Assembly (NCBI GenBank): GCA_963851265.1
Contig: CAWKNZ010000002.1
Span: forward strand, 320,001 to 384,000
Direction of reading: 5' to 3'
Length of the DNA: 64,000 nucleotides
Origin: an uncultured Gemmatimonadales bacterium
GTDB taxonomy: Bacteria > Gemmatimonadota > Gemmatimonadetes > Gemmatimonadales > Gemmatimonadaceae
The position numbers and the translations under genes are program-made. How positions within the stretch are numbered: the stretch's first letter is position 1; each line of letters opens with the position of its first letter. Below are positions 8,789 through 19,428 of this stretch, in pieces. A model generated the notes under the pieces. It did not search any database. It saw only the letters and a list, made by a program, of their open reading frames with translations, and was not told the DNA's origin.

Positions 8789-9237
8789 GCGCGCGCCGCG
8801 CCGCGGTGCGATGCCTAACGCGATGGGGCCGCGACGAGCGCGGCGCCGCGCTCGTCGAGTTCGCGATCGTCGTGCCGATGCTGTTGGTGCTCGTCCTCGC
8901 GATCATCGACTTCGGACGCATGATGGCCGTCTCGGCCGGGCTGGCCGCCGCCGCGCGCGAGGGTGCCCGCTACGCCGCCACGAGTTCCAACCCGTCCGAC
9001 GCGACGCAGCAGTCCAACATCAAGGCGCGCGTCATCAACGCGTTCCAGGCGTTCGGGGGTCCGGCGCTCCAGACCACGAACATCGCCGTCTCGGTCGACA
9101 ACTCGGCCGGCAACGTCACCGTCGCCGTCACGGGCTACACGTACAAGCCGATCACGCCCGTGATGACCATGATCGGCGCCGGCACCCTCAACTTCTCGCG
9201 CTCGTCCACGTTCCGCTGGGAACGCAGCTTCTTCTAA
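8785..9237 (+). CDS. tadE: TadE-like minor pilin
   Basis: DERG|AALVEFAIVVPMLL...IIDFGR...AAREGARYA. Confidence 0.9.
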   Translation: MSARRAAVRCLTRWGRDERGAALVEFAIVVPMLLVLVLAIIDFGRMMAVSAGLAAAAREGARYAATSSNPSDATQQSNIKARVINAFQAFGGPALQTTNIAVSVDNSAGNVTVAVTGYTYKPITPVMTMIGAGTLNFSRSSTFRWERSFF

Positions 9238-9263
9238 CGGCGCCCGCCGCGGCATCTCCGCCC

Positions 9264-10388
9264 ATGCTGTCCGACCACCGCTACACCGCCATTTTCGGCG
9301 CCGCCCTGCTCACCGCGAGCGGTGCGACGTTCGCCGTCTACCGCATCCTCGGGACGGCGCGGACGCCTCAGCACGAATCCGTGCGCAGTGTCGTCGTCGC
9401 AGTGCGCGACGTGCCGGTCGGCGTTCCCGTTCCGCGTGAGGCACTCGGGGTAGCCTCTTGGCCGGCGCGCGTCGCGCCGTCCGAAAGCTTCGTCAGCGCC
9501 GATTCGGTCGTCGGCCGCGTGACGCGTGCGCCGCTCATGCCGGGCGAGCCCGTGCTCGTGAGTCGACTCGCCGCGCGCGGCGCCGCGCCAGGGCTGGAAG
9601 GGACGATCGATCCGACCCGTCGCGCCATGGCCGTGCGCGTGAACGAGGCGGCGAGCGTGAGCGGTCTCGTGCGGCAGAACAGCCGCGTCGACGTGCTGAT
9701 GGCCGGCCGAGGAGACGGAACGCAGGCCACCGCCCGCGTGCTGATGAGCGACGTGCGCGTGCTCGGCGTCGGCTCGGTGCGGCCGCCCGACACGCCGGCG
9801 AACGGCGCGCCGCCCGACCCGACGCCCTCGGCGACGACGGCCTCCATCGTCACCCTCGAGGTGACGCCCGCGCAGGCGGAGCAGTTGGCGGCGGCGGAGG
9901 GCCAGGGTGCGATCCAGGTGGTCCTGCGCGGGTACGGAAGCACCGAGGCGGCGGCCGGGGGCATCGCGGCTGGTGCGCTCGTGGCCGCGCCGTCGACGGG
10001 TGCCGGCAGCCTCGGTCCCGCGCCGAGTGGCGCGCTCGGTCTGCTCAGCGCGGCGGGCTCGCCGCCGCCCGCGATGCTCAACTCCGGCGCTCCGCGCGTG
10101 GCCTCGAGCGTCGGTGCTACGCCGGTGGCACACGCACCCCGGGCGTCGCACCACTCCGCACGTCCCGCCGGCGACGCGCGTGCCGTGACGCCTGCGGTGG
10201 CGAGCGCCGCGATCGCCGTGCGAACCCGCCCGGAATCCACCACGGTGCGCGTCTACCGGGGCGGCACGATGACCGTGCTGCGCGTCGAGGCGACCGAGAC
10301 TGCTCCGGCCACCGGGGCCGCGATCCGCGACGCCGAGTCGCGGCCCGTCCGGACGGCGGACGCGCAGTTCGGCCCGCACGCGCCGTAG
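9264..10388 (+). CDS. cpaB: Flp pilus assembly protein CpaB/RcpC (SAF domain)
   Basis: VVVAVRDVPVG, RAMAVRVNEAASVSGLV..SRVDV, DVRVLGVG, VTLEVTPAQAEQL. Confidence 0.9.
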   Translation: MLSDHRYTAIFGAALLTASGATFAVYRILGTARTPQHESVRSVVVAVRDVPVGVPVPREALGVASWPARVAPSESFVSADSVVGRVTRAPLMPGEPVLVSRLAARGAAPGLEGTIDPTRRAMAVRVNEAASVSGLVRQNSRVDVLMAGRGDGTQATARVLMSDVRVLGVGSVRPPDTPANGAPPDPTPSATTASIVTLEVTPAQAEQLAAAEGQGAIQVVLRGYGSTEAAAGGIAAGALVAAPSTGAGSLGPAPSGALGLLSAAGSPPPAMLNSGAPRVASSVGATPVAHAPRASHHSARPAGDARAVTPAVASAAIAVRTRPESTTVRVYRGGTMTVLRVEATETAPATGAAIRDAESRPVRTADAQFGPHAP

Positions 10389-10416
10389 TCGCGCCGAGCG
10401 TCGTACGGTGCGGTGA

Positions 10417-10446
10417 CGAAGGGCGCGCCCAAGGGCGCGCCCTTCG
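10417..10446. other. Perfect 14-bp inverted repeat between cpaB and cpaC
   Basis: cgaagggcgcgccc-aa-gggcgcgcccttcg. Confidence 0.7.
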
Positions 10447-10563
10447 CGCGTCCGGGAGGGCGCCGCGGGGCAAGTGTGCCTCCGCTGAGGTTCGCGCGTC
10501 CATATGCCGAAGTTCTCTGCGGTGCCGACGCATCACCACGCGCCTTTGCTGCGCTGACCCCAC

Positions 10564-11916
10564 ATGACCCGACCCGTGTCCTTCCGAGTAGCCGCCTTCG
10601 TGGCGACGCTCTGCGCCTTCCTGCCAGGCGTCCGGGCCGGCGCCCAACGTGCCGCGTCCCCGGCCGCGCAACGCCAGGCCCCGGATCCCGCGCTCCCCGT
10701 CGTGCAACACGTCCTCGGTGTCGCGCCCGAAACGGACGTCGAGCGCGTGCTCGTCTCCCCGGGGCGCGCGCGTCCGCTCACGCTCGGCGCACCCGTCACG
10801 CGGGTGATCGTCGCCGACACGAGCATCGCGGACGCGCTCGTCGTGAGCGACCGCGACGTCGTGTTCAGCGGGCGGAAGTTCGGCGAAACGGACGTGCTGG
10901 TGTGGAGCGGAGGACGGCGCTTGCACTACCGCACCGTCGTCGCGCCCGCGGCCGACCGTCAGCAGGTGATGCTCGCCGTGAAGTTCGCCGAGGTACGGCG
11001 CGACCTGCTGAAGAACATCGGGCTGTCGCTGCGCGCGCGCCGCGTGACCGGGCGCGACGCCACGGGCGGTGGCTTCGGCTCGCTCGATCCGGCCGGGGTG
11101 GGCGGGTACCTGCCGCAGTCGGCGACCGCCGCGTCGGGCATCACGACCATCATCCCGAGCGCGATCTCGGGTGCCGCGACCGGGTTCGGCACGCTCGTCA
11201 CCGACTTCGGCGCGCGCGGCGTGCTCGCCATGCTCGACCTCGAGGAGCAGCGCGGTAACGCGCACACGCTCGCCGAGCCGACGCTCATGGCCGCGAACCG
11301 CGACTCGGCGTCGTTCCTCGCCGGCGGCGAGTTTCCGGTCCCGGCGGCCGTCTCGCCCGGGGCGGCCGGTACGCCGTACGTCACCATCGTGTTCAAGGAG
11401 TTCGGCGTGCGCCTCGCGTTCACGCCCGAGATCCTCAACGACACGCTCGTCAAGCTGCACGTGCGGCCCGAGGTCTCGAGCCTCGACTACGCCAACGCGG
11501 TCACGCTTTCGGGCGTGAAGATCCCCGCGCTCCGCACGCGCCGCATGGAGAGCACGGTCGACGTGCCGCGCGACCAGAGCCTCATCATTTCGGGCCTGAT
11601 GGACGACGAGCGCGAGAAGGTGCGCACGGGCATCCCCGGGCTCATCGACCTGCCAATCCTCGGGCAGCTGTTCTCCAGCACGCGCTGGACGCGCAGCGAG
11701 ACGGAACTGCTCATCATCGTCACCCCGGTCGTCGTCGACCCGAGCCGGCCGCGCCCGCAGGACGTACTCCGGTTCAAGGCCGACAGTGCGCTCCCCGCGC
11801 ACGAAGTGCTCGACCGGCGTCTCGCCGTGCCGCCGACCCTCCCCGGTTCGCCGCCCGCGCCGACTCCCGCGGGCGCCCAGCCGGCCGCCACTCCCTCCGT
11901 TCCCAAGCAGCCGTGA
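10564..11916 (+). CDS. cpaC: Tad secretin CpaC/RcpA
   Basis: Signal peptide; QVMLAVKFAEV, LAEPTL, ASFLAGGEFPVP, FKEFGVRL, GIPGLIDLPILGQLF, ETELLIIVTP. Confidence 0.95.
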   Translation: MTRPVSFRVAAFVATLCAFLPGVRAGAQRAASPAAQRQAPDPALPVVQHVLGVAPETDVERVLVSPGRARPLTLGAPVTRVIVADTSIADALVVSDRDVVFSGRKFGETDVLVWSGGRRLHYRTVVAPAADRQQVMLAVKFAEVRRDLLKNIGLSLRARRVTGRDATGGGFGSLDPAGVGGYLPQSATAASGITTIIPSAISGAATGFGTLVTDFGARGVLAMLDLEEQRGNAHTLAEPTLMAANRDSASFLAGGEFPVPAAVSPGAAGTPYVTIVFKEFGVRLAFTPEILNDTLVKLHVRPEVSSLDYANAVTLSGVKIPALRTRRMESTVDVPRDQSLIISGLMDDEREKVRTGIPGLIDLPILGQLFSSTRWTRSETELLIIVTPVVVDPSRPRPQDVLRFKADSALPAHEVLDRRLAVPPTLPGSPPAPTPAGAQPAATPSVPKQP

Positions 11917-13142
11917 GCGCAGCCACTCTTCTCTCGCGCGGCGCGCCGGCGGGCGCGTCGCCCGCCGCGGGCGCGCCGACGCGCGTGGTGCTGATTGCCG
12001 GCCTCGCACCGGCGCCCGAGGGCGCCGCGGCGGCCGCGCTCACCCGCGCCGGCTACGGCCCGCCCGGGCGCGTGCCCACGCTCGAGGCGGCGGCGGCGCG
12101 CATCGCCCGCGAGCAGGTCGACCTGCTCATCGTCCCGCTCGACGCGCCGCCGGCGGCGCTCGAGGCGGCCGCGCGCGCCGCGCAGAGCGCCGGCGCCGGG
12201 CTGTTAGGCGCCGCGCCGCGGCTGGAGGCCGGCACGCTGCTCAAGGGCATGCGTGCGGGCGTCCAGGAGTGCCTCGTGACGCCGTTCGACGCCGAAGAGC
12301 TCGAGGGAGCGCTCGAACGCATCGAGCGCCGCGCCTCGGGGGGCGTCACCGCCGGGATGGCGGTCGCGGTCTACAGCGCCAAGGGCGGCGTCGGGACCAC
12401 GACGACCGCCGTGAACCTTTCGCACGCGTACGCCCGCAACAACCCGCGCGCGCGCGTCGCGGTCGCCGACCTCGTCGTGAGCGGCGGCGACGTCGCGGTG
12501 CAGCTCGACATGCTGCCCAAGTACGACATCGGCGCGCTCGCCGGCAAGGCGGGCTCGCTCGACGCCGAGCTCCTGCGCTCGGTGCTCGCCGAGCGCGGCC
12601 CGCGCGAGTGGGTGTTGGCCGCGAGCGAGCGCCCCGAGGTGACCGAGCTCGTCGACGGTACGGCCGCCGGCGCGATCGTCGGTCAGCTGCGGAGCGACTT
12701 CGACTTCACGACCCTCGACTGCGAGCACCACGTGAGCGACCGCTCGCTCGCGGCGCTCGACGCGGCCGACCGCGTCGTGCTCATCACGCAGCTCGCGCTC
12801 GCGCCGCTGCGCAGCGCGCAGCGCTCGCTCGCCCTTTTCGATCGGTTAGGCTACCCGCCGGACCGCGTGCTCGTCGTCGTCAACCGCTACCAGAGTGGCG
12901 ACGTGATCACGCTCGCCGACGCGCAGGAGTCGCTGGAACACGAAATCGCGGCCGCCCTGCCGAACGACTTCCGGGGCTGCGCCGATGCGCTCGCCACCGG
13001 CAAGTCGGTGGTCGAGCACGCGCCCGACTCCGCGCTCGCGCGCGGGTACCTGGAGCTCGCCGCGAAGCTCGGCGGCAGCACGCCCGAAGCGCCGGCGCCG
13101 GTCGCGCGACTCGGGCGGCTGCGGTCGCTCCTGCGGCGCTGA
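11913..13142 (+). CDS. cpaE: CpaE/TadZ (degenerate receiver + MinD/ParA-like ATPase)
   Basis: [24 protein letters not shown] deviant Walker A; LPND..A..G. Confidence 0.9.
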   Translation: MSAATLLSRGAPAGASPAAGAPTRVVLIAGLAPAPEGAAAAALTRAGYGPPGRVPTLEAAAARIAREQVDLLIVPLDAPPAALEAAARAAQSAGAGLLGAAPRLEAGTLLKGMRAGVQECLVTPFDAEELEGALERIERRASGGVTAGMAVAVYSAKGGVGTTTTAVNLSHAYARNNPRARVAVADLVVSGGDVAVQLDMLPKYDIGALAGKAGSLDAELLRSVLAERGPREWVLAASERPEVTELVDGTAAGAIVGQLRSDFDFTTLDCEHHVSDRSLAALDAADRVVLITQLALAPLRSAQRSLALFDRLGYPPDRVLVVVNRYQSGDVITLADAQESLEHEIAAALPNDFRGCADALATGKSVVEHAPDSALARGYLELAAKLGGSTPEAPAPVARLGRLRSLLRR

Positions 13143-13155
13143 GCGGGGATCCGCC

Positions 13156-14739
13156 ATGCCGTACTCCATTCGCGACCGCCTGACGCGCGGCTACACGCCA
13201 GGCTCCGACGCCGCGACGCTGGCGCCGCCCACGACCGCGGCCGACGACCATGCGCCGGCGCCCGCGCCGGCGCCCGACATGCACGCGCCCGCCGCGGCCA
13301 TCGCGCCGGAGCCGCACGTCCCCGATGCATCCGGTCCCGCCCCGGAACCCGCGTCGACCGCGTCGACCGCGTCGACCGCGGCGACCGAGTCCGACGCCGC
13401 CCCGAACACGCGTGGCCAGGGCGCACTGCGCGTCGAGGCGCTCGCCGCCGAGGCGCGACGCGCGCAGGCGGACGCGCCGAGCGCGGTCGAGCAGCTCAAG
13501 GCCGAGCTGCACCGCCGCCTCGTCGACCGCCTCGACCTGAAGGCGCTCGAGAAGCTGCAGGACGAGCACCTGCTCGCCGATCAGGTACGCCGCGGCGTCG
13601 CGGACTTCCTGCGCGCGGAGAGCACGCCGCTCTCCACCGCCGAGCGCGAATCGATCGTCGAGCAGGTGGTGCACGAGGTGCTGGGCCTCGGCCCCATCGA
13701 GCCGCTGTTCCGCGACCCGAAGGTGAGCGACATCCTCATCAACGGGGCGAAGGACATCTGGGTGGAGAAGGGCGGCAAACTGAGCAAGGTCGCGACGCGC
13801 TTCCGCGACGACGCGCACCTCATGGCGGTGATCGACCGGATCGTGAGTCGCGTGGGGCGCCGCGTGGACGAGTCGAGCCCGATGGTCGACGCGCGCCTAC
13901 CCGACGGCTCGCGCGTGAACGCGGTCATCCCGCCGCTGGCGATCGACGGGCCGGTGCTCTCGATCCGCCGCTTCGGCGCGTCGATCACGGCGGAGCAGCT
14001 CGTCGGCTTCGGCGCGTTCACCAACAACATGCTGTTCGTGCTCGCGTCGTGCGTGCGCGCGCGGCTCAACGTACTCGTGTCGGGCGGCACGGGCTCGGGG
14101 AAGACGACGCTGCTCAACGCGCTGTCGTCGTTCATCCCCGACGACCAGCGCGTGGTCACCATCGAGGACGCCGCCGAGCTGCGCCTGCAGCAGGCGCACG
14201 TGGTGCGCCTCGAGACGCGCCCGCCCAACAGTGAGGGCCGCGGCGAGGTGAGCGCGCGCGACCTCGTGAAGAACGCGCTCCGCATGCGTCCCGACCGGAT
14301 CATCGTCGGCGAAACGCGATCGGGAGAAGCGATCGACATGCTGCAGGCGATGAACACGGGGCACGAGGGCTCCATGACGACCGTGCACGCGAACACGCCG
14401 CGCGACGCGATCTCGCGTCTCGAGGTCATGGTGCTGTTTTCGGGGACGAACCTGCCCACGCGCGCGGTGCGCGAGCAGATCGCGTCGGCGGTGAACGTGG
14501 TGGTCCAGGTGTCGCGCCAGGCCGACGGCACGCGTCGCGTCATGAGCATCACCGAGATCACCGGCATGGAGGGCGACATGATCTCCGCGCAGGAGATCTT
14601 CCGCTTCCGCCGCATGGGGCTGAGCCCCGAAGGCAAGGTGCTCGGCAAGTTCGAGGCGAGCGGCGTGCGGCCGATGTTCGCCGACAAGCTCAAGGCGGCC
14701 GGGGCGGACCTGCCCGGCTACCTGTTCGAAACGACGTGA
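13156..14739 (+). CDS. cpaF: CpaF/TadA pilus assembly ATPase
   Basis: [59 protein letters not shown]; Pro/Ala-rich N-terminal extension. Confidence 0.97.
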   Translation: MPYSIRDRLTRGYTPGSDAATLAPPTTAADDHAPAPAPAPDMHAPAAAIAPEPHVPDASGPAPEPASTASTASTAATESDAAPNTRGQGALRVEALAAEARRAQADAPSAVEQLKAELHRRLVDRLDLKALEKLQDEHLLADQVRRGVADFLRAESTPLSTAERESIVEQVVHEVLGLGPIEPLFRDPKVSDILINGAKDIWVEKGGKLSKVATRFRDDAHLMAVIDRIVSRVGRRVDESSPMVDARLPDGSRVNAVIPPLAIDGPVLSIRRFGASITAEQLVGFGAFTNNMLFVLASCVRARLNVLVSGGTGSGKTTLLNALSSFIPDDQRVVTIEDAAELRLQQAHVVRLETRPPNSEGRGEVSARDLVKNALRMRPDRIIVGETRSGEAIDMLQAMNTGHEGSMTTVHANTPRDAISRLEVMVLFSGTNLPTRAVREQIASAVNVVVQVSRQADGTRRVMSITEITGMEGDMISAQEIFRFRRMGLSPEGKVLGKFEASGVRPMFADKLKAAGADLPGYLFETT

Positions 14740-14751
14740 GGAGTTAGGCAG

Positions 14752-15720
14752 ATGCTGTTGCTCACGCTGGCGCTGGTCTTCTGCGGCACGCTCGGCCTCG
14801 TCGCCGGCGGCGCCCTCTTCGCGGACCGCAAGCGGCTCGCGGCGGTGCGTGCGGTGCGCCTGCGGCTCGCCGCCCCGCTGCCGGGGGCGGCGGCCGCCGA
14901 AGGGTCCGTGCGCCTGCTGCGCGGGGCCGACCGCCTGAGTGGCTTCGCGCTGCTCGAGCGCATGCTCACGCGGTGGAACGGGACGGCGCGGATCGCCGAC
15001 GCGCTCCGCCGCGCCGGCGTCGAGCACACCGTCGGCGAGTTCGTGCTCGCGACGGCCGCGGCGGGCGCCGCGGGCCTCGTGCTCGGCGACTTCGTGGCCG
15101 GCGCGGCAGGCGGCATAGGGCTCGCCGCCGTGGCCGGCTTCGCGCCGTGGCTACTCGTCTGGCGCCTCACCAAGACCCGCATCGCGGGCTTCGAGGCGCA
15201 ACTCCCGGAGGCGCTCGACGCGATCGTGAACTCGCTCAAGGCCGGGTACTCGTTCCCGGCCGCGCTGGAGTTCGCCGCAGGCGAGGTCCCGGCCCCGCTG
15301 GGCCCTGAACTGGCCCGCGTGCGCGACGAGCAGCGGCTCGGCGTCGAGGCCCGCCCCGCGCTCGCCGCGATGGCCGACCGCGTCGGCACCGCCGACATGC
15401 GCATGTTCGTCACCGCCGTACTCGTGCAGCGCGAGACCGGCGGTAACCTTGCCGAACTGCTCGCCGACCTCGCCACGCTCGTCCGCGACCGCGCCGCCTT
15501 CCGCGGGCGCGTGGCCGCCCTCACCGCGGAGCCGCGCATGAGCGCGATCGTGCTCGCACTGCTGCCGGTGTCGCTGTTCGCCATCCTGTTCGTGCTCAAC
15601 CGGCCCTACATGCAGCCGCTCGTCAGCACGCCGTTCGGGCGCCTGCTGCTCATCACGTCGTCCGTCCTGTCGGTGGGCGGCTACCTCGTGATGCGCAAGC
15701 TCGGCGACGTGGAGCTCTGA
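14752..15720 (+). CDS. tadB: TadB (T2SSF-family platform)
   Basis: FEAQLPEALDAIVNSLKAG, QRETGGNLAELL, ALTAEPRMSA. Confidence 0.93.
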   Translation: MLLLTLALVFCGTLGLVAGGALFADRKRLAAVRAVRLRLAAPLPGAAAAEGSVRLLRGADRLSGFALLERMLTRWNGTARIADALRRAGVEHTVGEFVLATAAAGAAGLVLGDFVAGAAGGIGLAAVAGFAPWLLVWRLTKTRIAGFEAQLPEALDAIVNSLKAGYSFPAALEFAAGEVPAPLGPELARVRDEQRLGVEARPALAAMADRVGTADMRMFVTAVLVQRETGGNLAELLADLATLVRDRAAFRGRVAALTAEPRMSAIVLALLPVSLFAILFVLNRPYMQPLVSTPFGRLLLITSSVLSVGGYLVMRKLGDVEL

Positions 15721-15721
15721 C

Positions 15722-16678
15722 GTGGCCGCCGCTCCGCACCTCGCGCCGTTGTGGCTCGCGGCGTTCTGCATCACGGTCGCGACGCTCGCCGTCGCGGCCG
15801 CGGCGTCGGCCTGGGTCGCCCAGAGCGGCCGCCGCGCCGTGCTCGCGCGCCTCGCCCGGCGCCGGGCGGCGGGATCGTTCAGGGCGTTAGGCGTGTCAGG
15901 AGAGTTCGGGGAGGCGGAGGTCGGCCCCGCGCGCGCGCGGGCCGCCGCGTTCCTCGCGCGCGTGGTGCCGCCCGGCATGCGCGACAAGGCGACGCTCGAC
16001 CGCCTGGCGCAGGCGGGCTTCCACGAGCCCGATGCGGTGCTCTTCTACGCCGCCGCGCGGGTGCTCGCGCCGGTCCTCGGCCCGCTGCTCGTCGTGCTCG
16101 GGACCGGGCTCCAGGCCGGGCCGGGAGGTGGCAGCCCCGCGCCGCTCGCGCTCGGGCTCGGCCTGCTCGCGGGAATGACCCTGCCGTCCGCCATCCTCGA
16201 CCGACAGGCCGGGACGCGGCGGACCGCGCTCACGCTCGCGATCCCCGATGCGCTCGACCTGCTGATCGTCTGCCTCGAGGCTGGCGTCGGGCTCGACGCC
16301 GCGCTCGTCCGCGTGGCGCGCGAGCTCGCGCCGTCGCACCCGATTCTCGCCGCCGAGATGGAGAGCGTGACGCGCCGCGTCGGCGCCGGGCTGCCGCGCG
16401 ACGAGGCGCTCCGGACACTCGTCGTGCGCACCGGCATCGACGACATGCGCGCGATCGTCTCGACCATGATCCAGGCCGAGCGCCTCGGCACGTCGCTCGC
16501 GCGCGTGCTGCGCATTCACGGCGAGTCGCTGCGCTCGCGGCGCAAGCAGCTCGCCGAGAAGCGTGCGGCGCAGGCGAGCGTGAAGATGATGATTCCCCTC
16601 GTGACGTTCCTGCTCCCCGCGTTCTTCATCGTGGTGTTGGGGCCGGCCGTCCTCAGTATGATGGCGAATTCGAAGTGA
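15722..16678 (+). CDS. tadC: TadC (T2SSF-family platform)
   Basis: IPDALDLLIVCLEAGVGLDAAL, QAERLGTS, KMMIPLVTFLLPAFFIVVLGP. Confidence 0.93.
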   Translation: MAAAPHLAPLWLAAFCITVATLAVAAAASAWVAQSGRRAVLARLARRRAAGSFRALGVSGEFGEAEVGPARARAAAFLARVVPPGMRDKATLDRLAQAGFHEPDAVLFYAAARVLAPVLGPLLVVLGTGLQAGPGGGSPAPLALGLGLLAGMTLPSAILDRQAGTRRTALTLAIPDALDLLIVCLEAGVGLDAALVRVARELAPSHPILAAEMESVTRRVGAGLPRDEALRTLVVRTGIDDMRAIVSTMIQAERLGTSLARVLRIHGESLRSRRKQLAEKRAAQASVKMMIPLVTFLLPAFFIVVLGPAVLSMMANSK

Positions 16679-16689
16679 CCGCGACCCCG

Positions 16690-18018
16690 ATGAGGACCCT
16701 CCACCCCCCCCGCCCCCGCGCGCGGCGCGGCGTGACGCTCCCATTCGTGTGCATCATGCTCACGGCGCTCCTCGGTGGGATGGCACTCGCGATCGACATG
16801 GGGCGCGTGTACCTGACGGCGAGCGAGGCGCAAGCCGCCGCGGACGCCGCCGCGATCGCGGGCGTGCGATTCCTGCAGCAGTACAGCGCCTACTACTACC
16901 CGTCCATCAACACGACGTACGGGATCGCCGCGATCTCGCCCCTCAACCACGTCGCCGGCGCCGCCTCGCAGATCCAGACGTCGGACATCCAGCCGGTCAC
17001 CTACGACCCGGTCGCCAACACGGTGACGCCGGCTTCGTGGGCCAGCACGACGTCGGCGGTGACCGTGACCGTCCGCGCGACGCCGCCGTACGTGTTCGGC
17101 CGCGCGTTGGGCATCACGCCGCCGAGCGTGTCGCGCAGCGCGACCGCGTGGATCGCGAACGTCGCGGGCGCGACCTGCGTCCGCCCGTTCGCGCTGCCTT
17201 ACACCCGGATTTTCGAGACGGGCGTCAACCACAACAATCAGGACAGCACGTGGACGCGGCAGGGGGCCGTCGCGCCGGACTTCTCGTACTACACGATCGC
17301 GTCGCTTCAGCCGAGCTACCCGTGGAACAACGCCCCCCAGCATCGGACCGTCACCGTGATTCCGCAGTGGGTGCCGGAGAACGTGGCTGACACCACCTGG
17401 AACGGGGACTACCACGCGATCTCGGGCCGCTGGATCCCGGCCGACTTCGCGGGCGGCGGAATCCCCGCGTACCAGACGTACGTCGGGGCGCCGCCCAAGT
17501 CGGCCCAATGCCAGGCCGCCGCCGCGCAAGTGGGCACGCCGGTGACCGCGCTCGGCGGCTATGCCAACCCGCCCGACACGAGCAAGCAGAAGATGCTCGA
17601 TGCCATGTCGTACGGCGTCTCGCAGCTCTGCAATCGCATGGGCAACGACACGACGGACGCGCACTGCTACGACAGTACGGGCGTGGTCGGCGTGCGCACG
17701 CGTGTCATGTTGACCGACTCCGTCGCGGGCGGTTCGGCCGGGTTTCAGCTCAACCCGCGCGGCGTCACGATGATTCGCATCATGTGCTACGTCCGGCACA
17801 CGGTCGATCACTGTGACCCCGCGTACATCCGCGACGAGAACTCACCCACGACGACCACGCCGAGCGTCCAGTGGCAGTTGTTGGGACAGGCGACGAGCGG
17901 CTACCCACCGGGCACGATCACCGTCCTGTTGGACGGGCCGACGAACATCGACGTGACGTCGGACGTCACCTTCGGCAGCAAGCCGAGCATCACGCAGCGC
18001 GTCTATCTCGTGCGCTGA
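16690..18018 (+). CDS. tadG: TadG-like pilin-type protein with large Cys-containing C-terminal domain
   Basis: RRG|VTLPFVCIML...LAIDMGRVY...AQAAADAAAIAG; CVRPFALP. Confidence 0.8.
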   Translation: MRTLHPPRPRARRGVTLPFVCIMLTALLGGMALAIDMGRVYLTASEAQAAADAAAIAGVRFLQQYSAYYYPSINTTYGIAAISPLNHVAGAASQIQTSDIQPVTYDPVANTVTPASWASTTSAVTVTVRATPPYVFGRALGITPPSVSRSATAWIANVAGATCVRPFALPYTRIFETGVNHNNQDSTWTRQGAVAPDFSYYTIASLQPSYPWNNAPQHRTVTVIPQWVPENVADTTWNGDYHAISGRWIPADFAGGGIPAYQTYVGAPPKSAQCQAAAAQVGTPVTALGGYANPPDTSKQKMLDAMSYGVSQLCNRMGNDTTDAHCYDSTGVVGVRTRVMLTDSVAGGSAGFQLNPRGVTMIRIMCYVRHTVDHCDPAYIRDENSPTTTTPSVQWQLLGQATSGYPPGTITVLLDGPTNIDVTSDVTFGSKPSITQRVYLVR

Positions 18019-18024
18019 CGCCGC

Positions 18025-18060
18025 GGCGCGGGGACGCCCGCGCCGCGGCGTCCCCGCGCC
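18025..18060. terminator. Hairpin between convergent tadG and ABC permease genes
   Basis: ggcgcggggacgcc-N8-ggcgtccccgcgcc. Confidence 0.65.
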
Positions 18061-18066
18061 GACGTG

Positions 18067-19428
18067 TCAGGCCGCCTGCCGCACCCAGTGGGCGAGCTCG
18101 ACGAACGACGGGCGCTTGCCGTACATCAGCAGCCCGATCCGGTAGATCCGGGCCGCGAGCCAGAGCGCGACGATCGCGGCGAGCGCGACGCCCGATGCGA
18201 CGAGCACCACCTCGAGCGGCGACGTGCTCACGAGGGCCATACGCATGGGCATGAGGATGGGCGCGGTGAGCGGGAACCACGCCGCGGTGCGTGCCAACGT
18301 CGACTCGGGGTTCTGGAGCACGGCCTGGAAGAGCACGACCGACGCGAGGATCGGCAGCATCACCGGCAGCGCGGCCTGCTGCGCTTCCTGCTCACTGTTC
18401 ACCATCGCGCCGGCCGCGGCGAAGAGGGCCGAGAACAGCAAGTAGCCGAGCAGGAAAAAGACGATGGAGCCGGCGACGACGCCGAACGAGACCGCGGGCA
18501 TCGCGAACGACGCGGTCAGGTCCGCCGTGTCGGCCGCCTGCCGTGCGGCCGCACTCGCGGGGCCGCTCCCGAGGTGCAGGAAGGGCAGCACGTAATACCC
18601 GACCACGATGCTGCCCGCGAACCAGATCACCTGCTGCAGCAGGCCGACGGCGCCGACGCCGAGCACCTTGCCCGTCATGAGAACGCTGGGCTTCACGCTC
18701 GCCACGATGACCTCGGCCACGCGCGTGGTCTTCTCCTCGACGACGCTCCGCATCACGAACTGGCCGTACAGCAGGATGAGCATGTAGAGCAGGAGCGCCA
18801 CGACGGCGGCCACCACGGCGTTGCCCGCCCCGCCGCCGTGCGCGCCCTGGTCGGTCACCGACGTCGTCGCGAGCCGGAGTCGGGTGCCGGTGATCGGCGC
18901 GATACGCTCGGCGGGGAAGCCGGCCTGCGTGAGGCGCGCGTTGAGCACCTCACGGCGCACGACGTCGGTCAGGCGGGTGACGTCGGCGAGGCTGGACGCG
19001 TTGCGGCCGAGGTAGCGCGCGCGGCGTCCGGCCAGGGTGAGCGAGTCGAGGACGAGCACGCCCTCGCGCTCCTTGCGCACGACGGCCGCGGTCGCGGCGC
19101 TCTCCGCGGCGGCGAGCGCCGCCGGCGCGACCGTGACGACGTTAGGCCGTCCCCCCGCCGCCGGGGCCGAGTCGGCGAGCGCGCGCGCGATCCGGTCGCC
19201 GACGCCCGTGCCGGTCGCGTCGAGCACCGTGACCGCGGCGACCGCCGCCGAGCCCTTTTCACGCATCCCCAGCCAGGCGGGGAAGATCGAGATGCCGGCG
19301 AGGAAGAGCGGGCCCAACAGCGTCCCGATCACGAAGGCGCGCGTGCGGACGCGCTCGAGGAACTCTCGCTTGATGACGGCGCGCAGCTTGGCGGCCGTCG
19401 AGTGGGTGTTGGTCTCAGCCCTGTCCAC
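18067..19428 (-). CDS. ABC-2 type exporter permease (NatB-like)
   Basis: REFLERVRTRAF, VVEEKTTRVAEVI, LMTGKVLG, PILMPMR, ARIYRIGLLMYGK. Confidence 0.9.
   Translation of the reverse strand: MDRAETNTHSTAAKLRAVIKREFLERVRTRAFVIGTLLGPLFLAGISIFPAWLGMREKGSAAVAAVTVLDATGTGVGDRIARALADSAPAAGGRPNVVTVAPAALAAAESAATAAVVRKEREGVLVLDSLTLAGRRARYLGRNASSLADVTRLTDVVRREVLNARLTQAGFPAERIAPITGTRLRLATTSVTDQGAHGGGAGNAVVAAVVALLLYMLILLYGQFVMRSVVEEKTTRVAEVIVASVKPSVLMTGKVLGVGAVGLLQQVIWFAGSIVVGYYVLPFLHLGSGPASAAARQAADTADLTASFAMPAVSFGVVAGSIVFFLLGYLLFSALFAAAGAMVNSEQEAQQAALPVMLPILASVVLFQAVLQNPESTLARTAAWFPLTAPILMPMRMALVSTSPLEVVLVASGVALAAIVALWLAARIYRIGLLMYGKRPSFVELAHWVRQAA

Noticed and set aside
13351..13383. GCGTCGACC x3 microsatellite in cpaF
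   Set aside because: In-frame 9-bp repeat in a disordered linker; cannot cause phase variation
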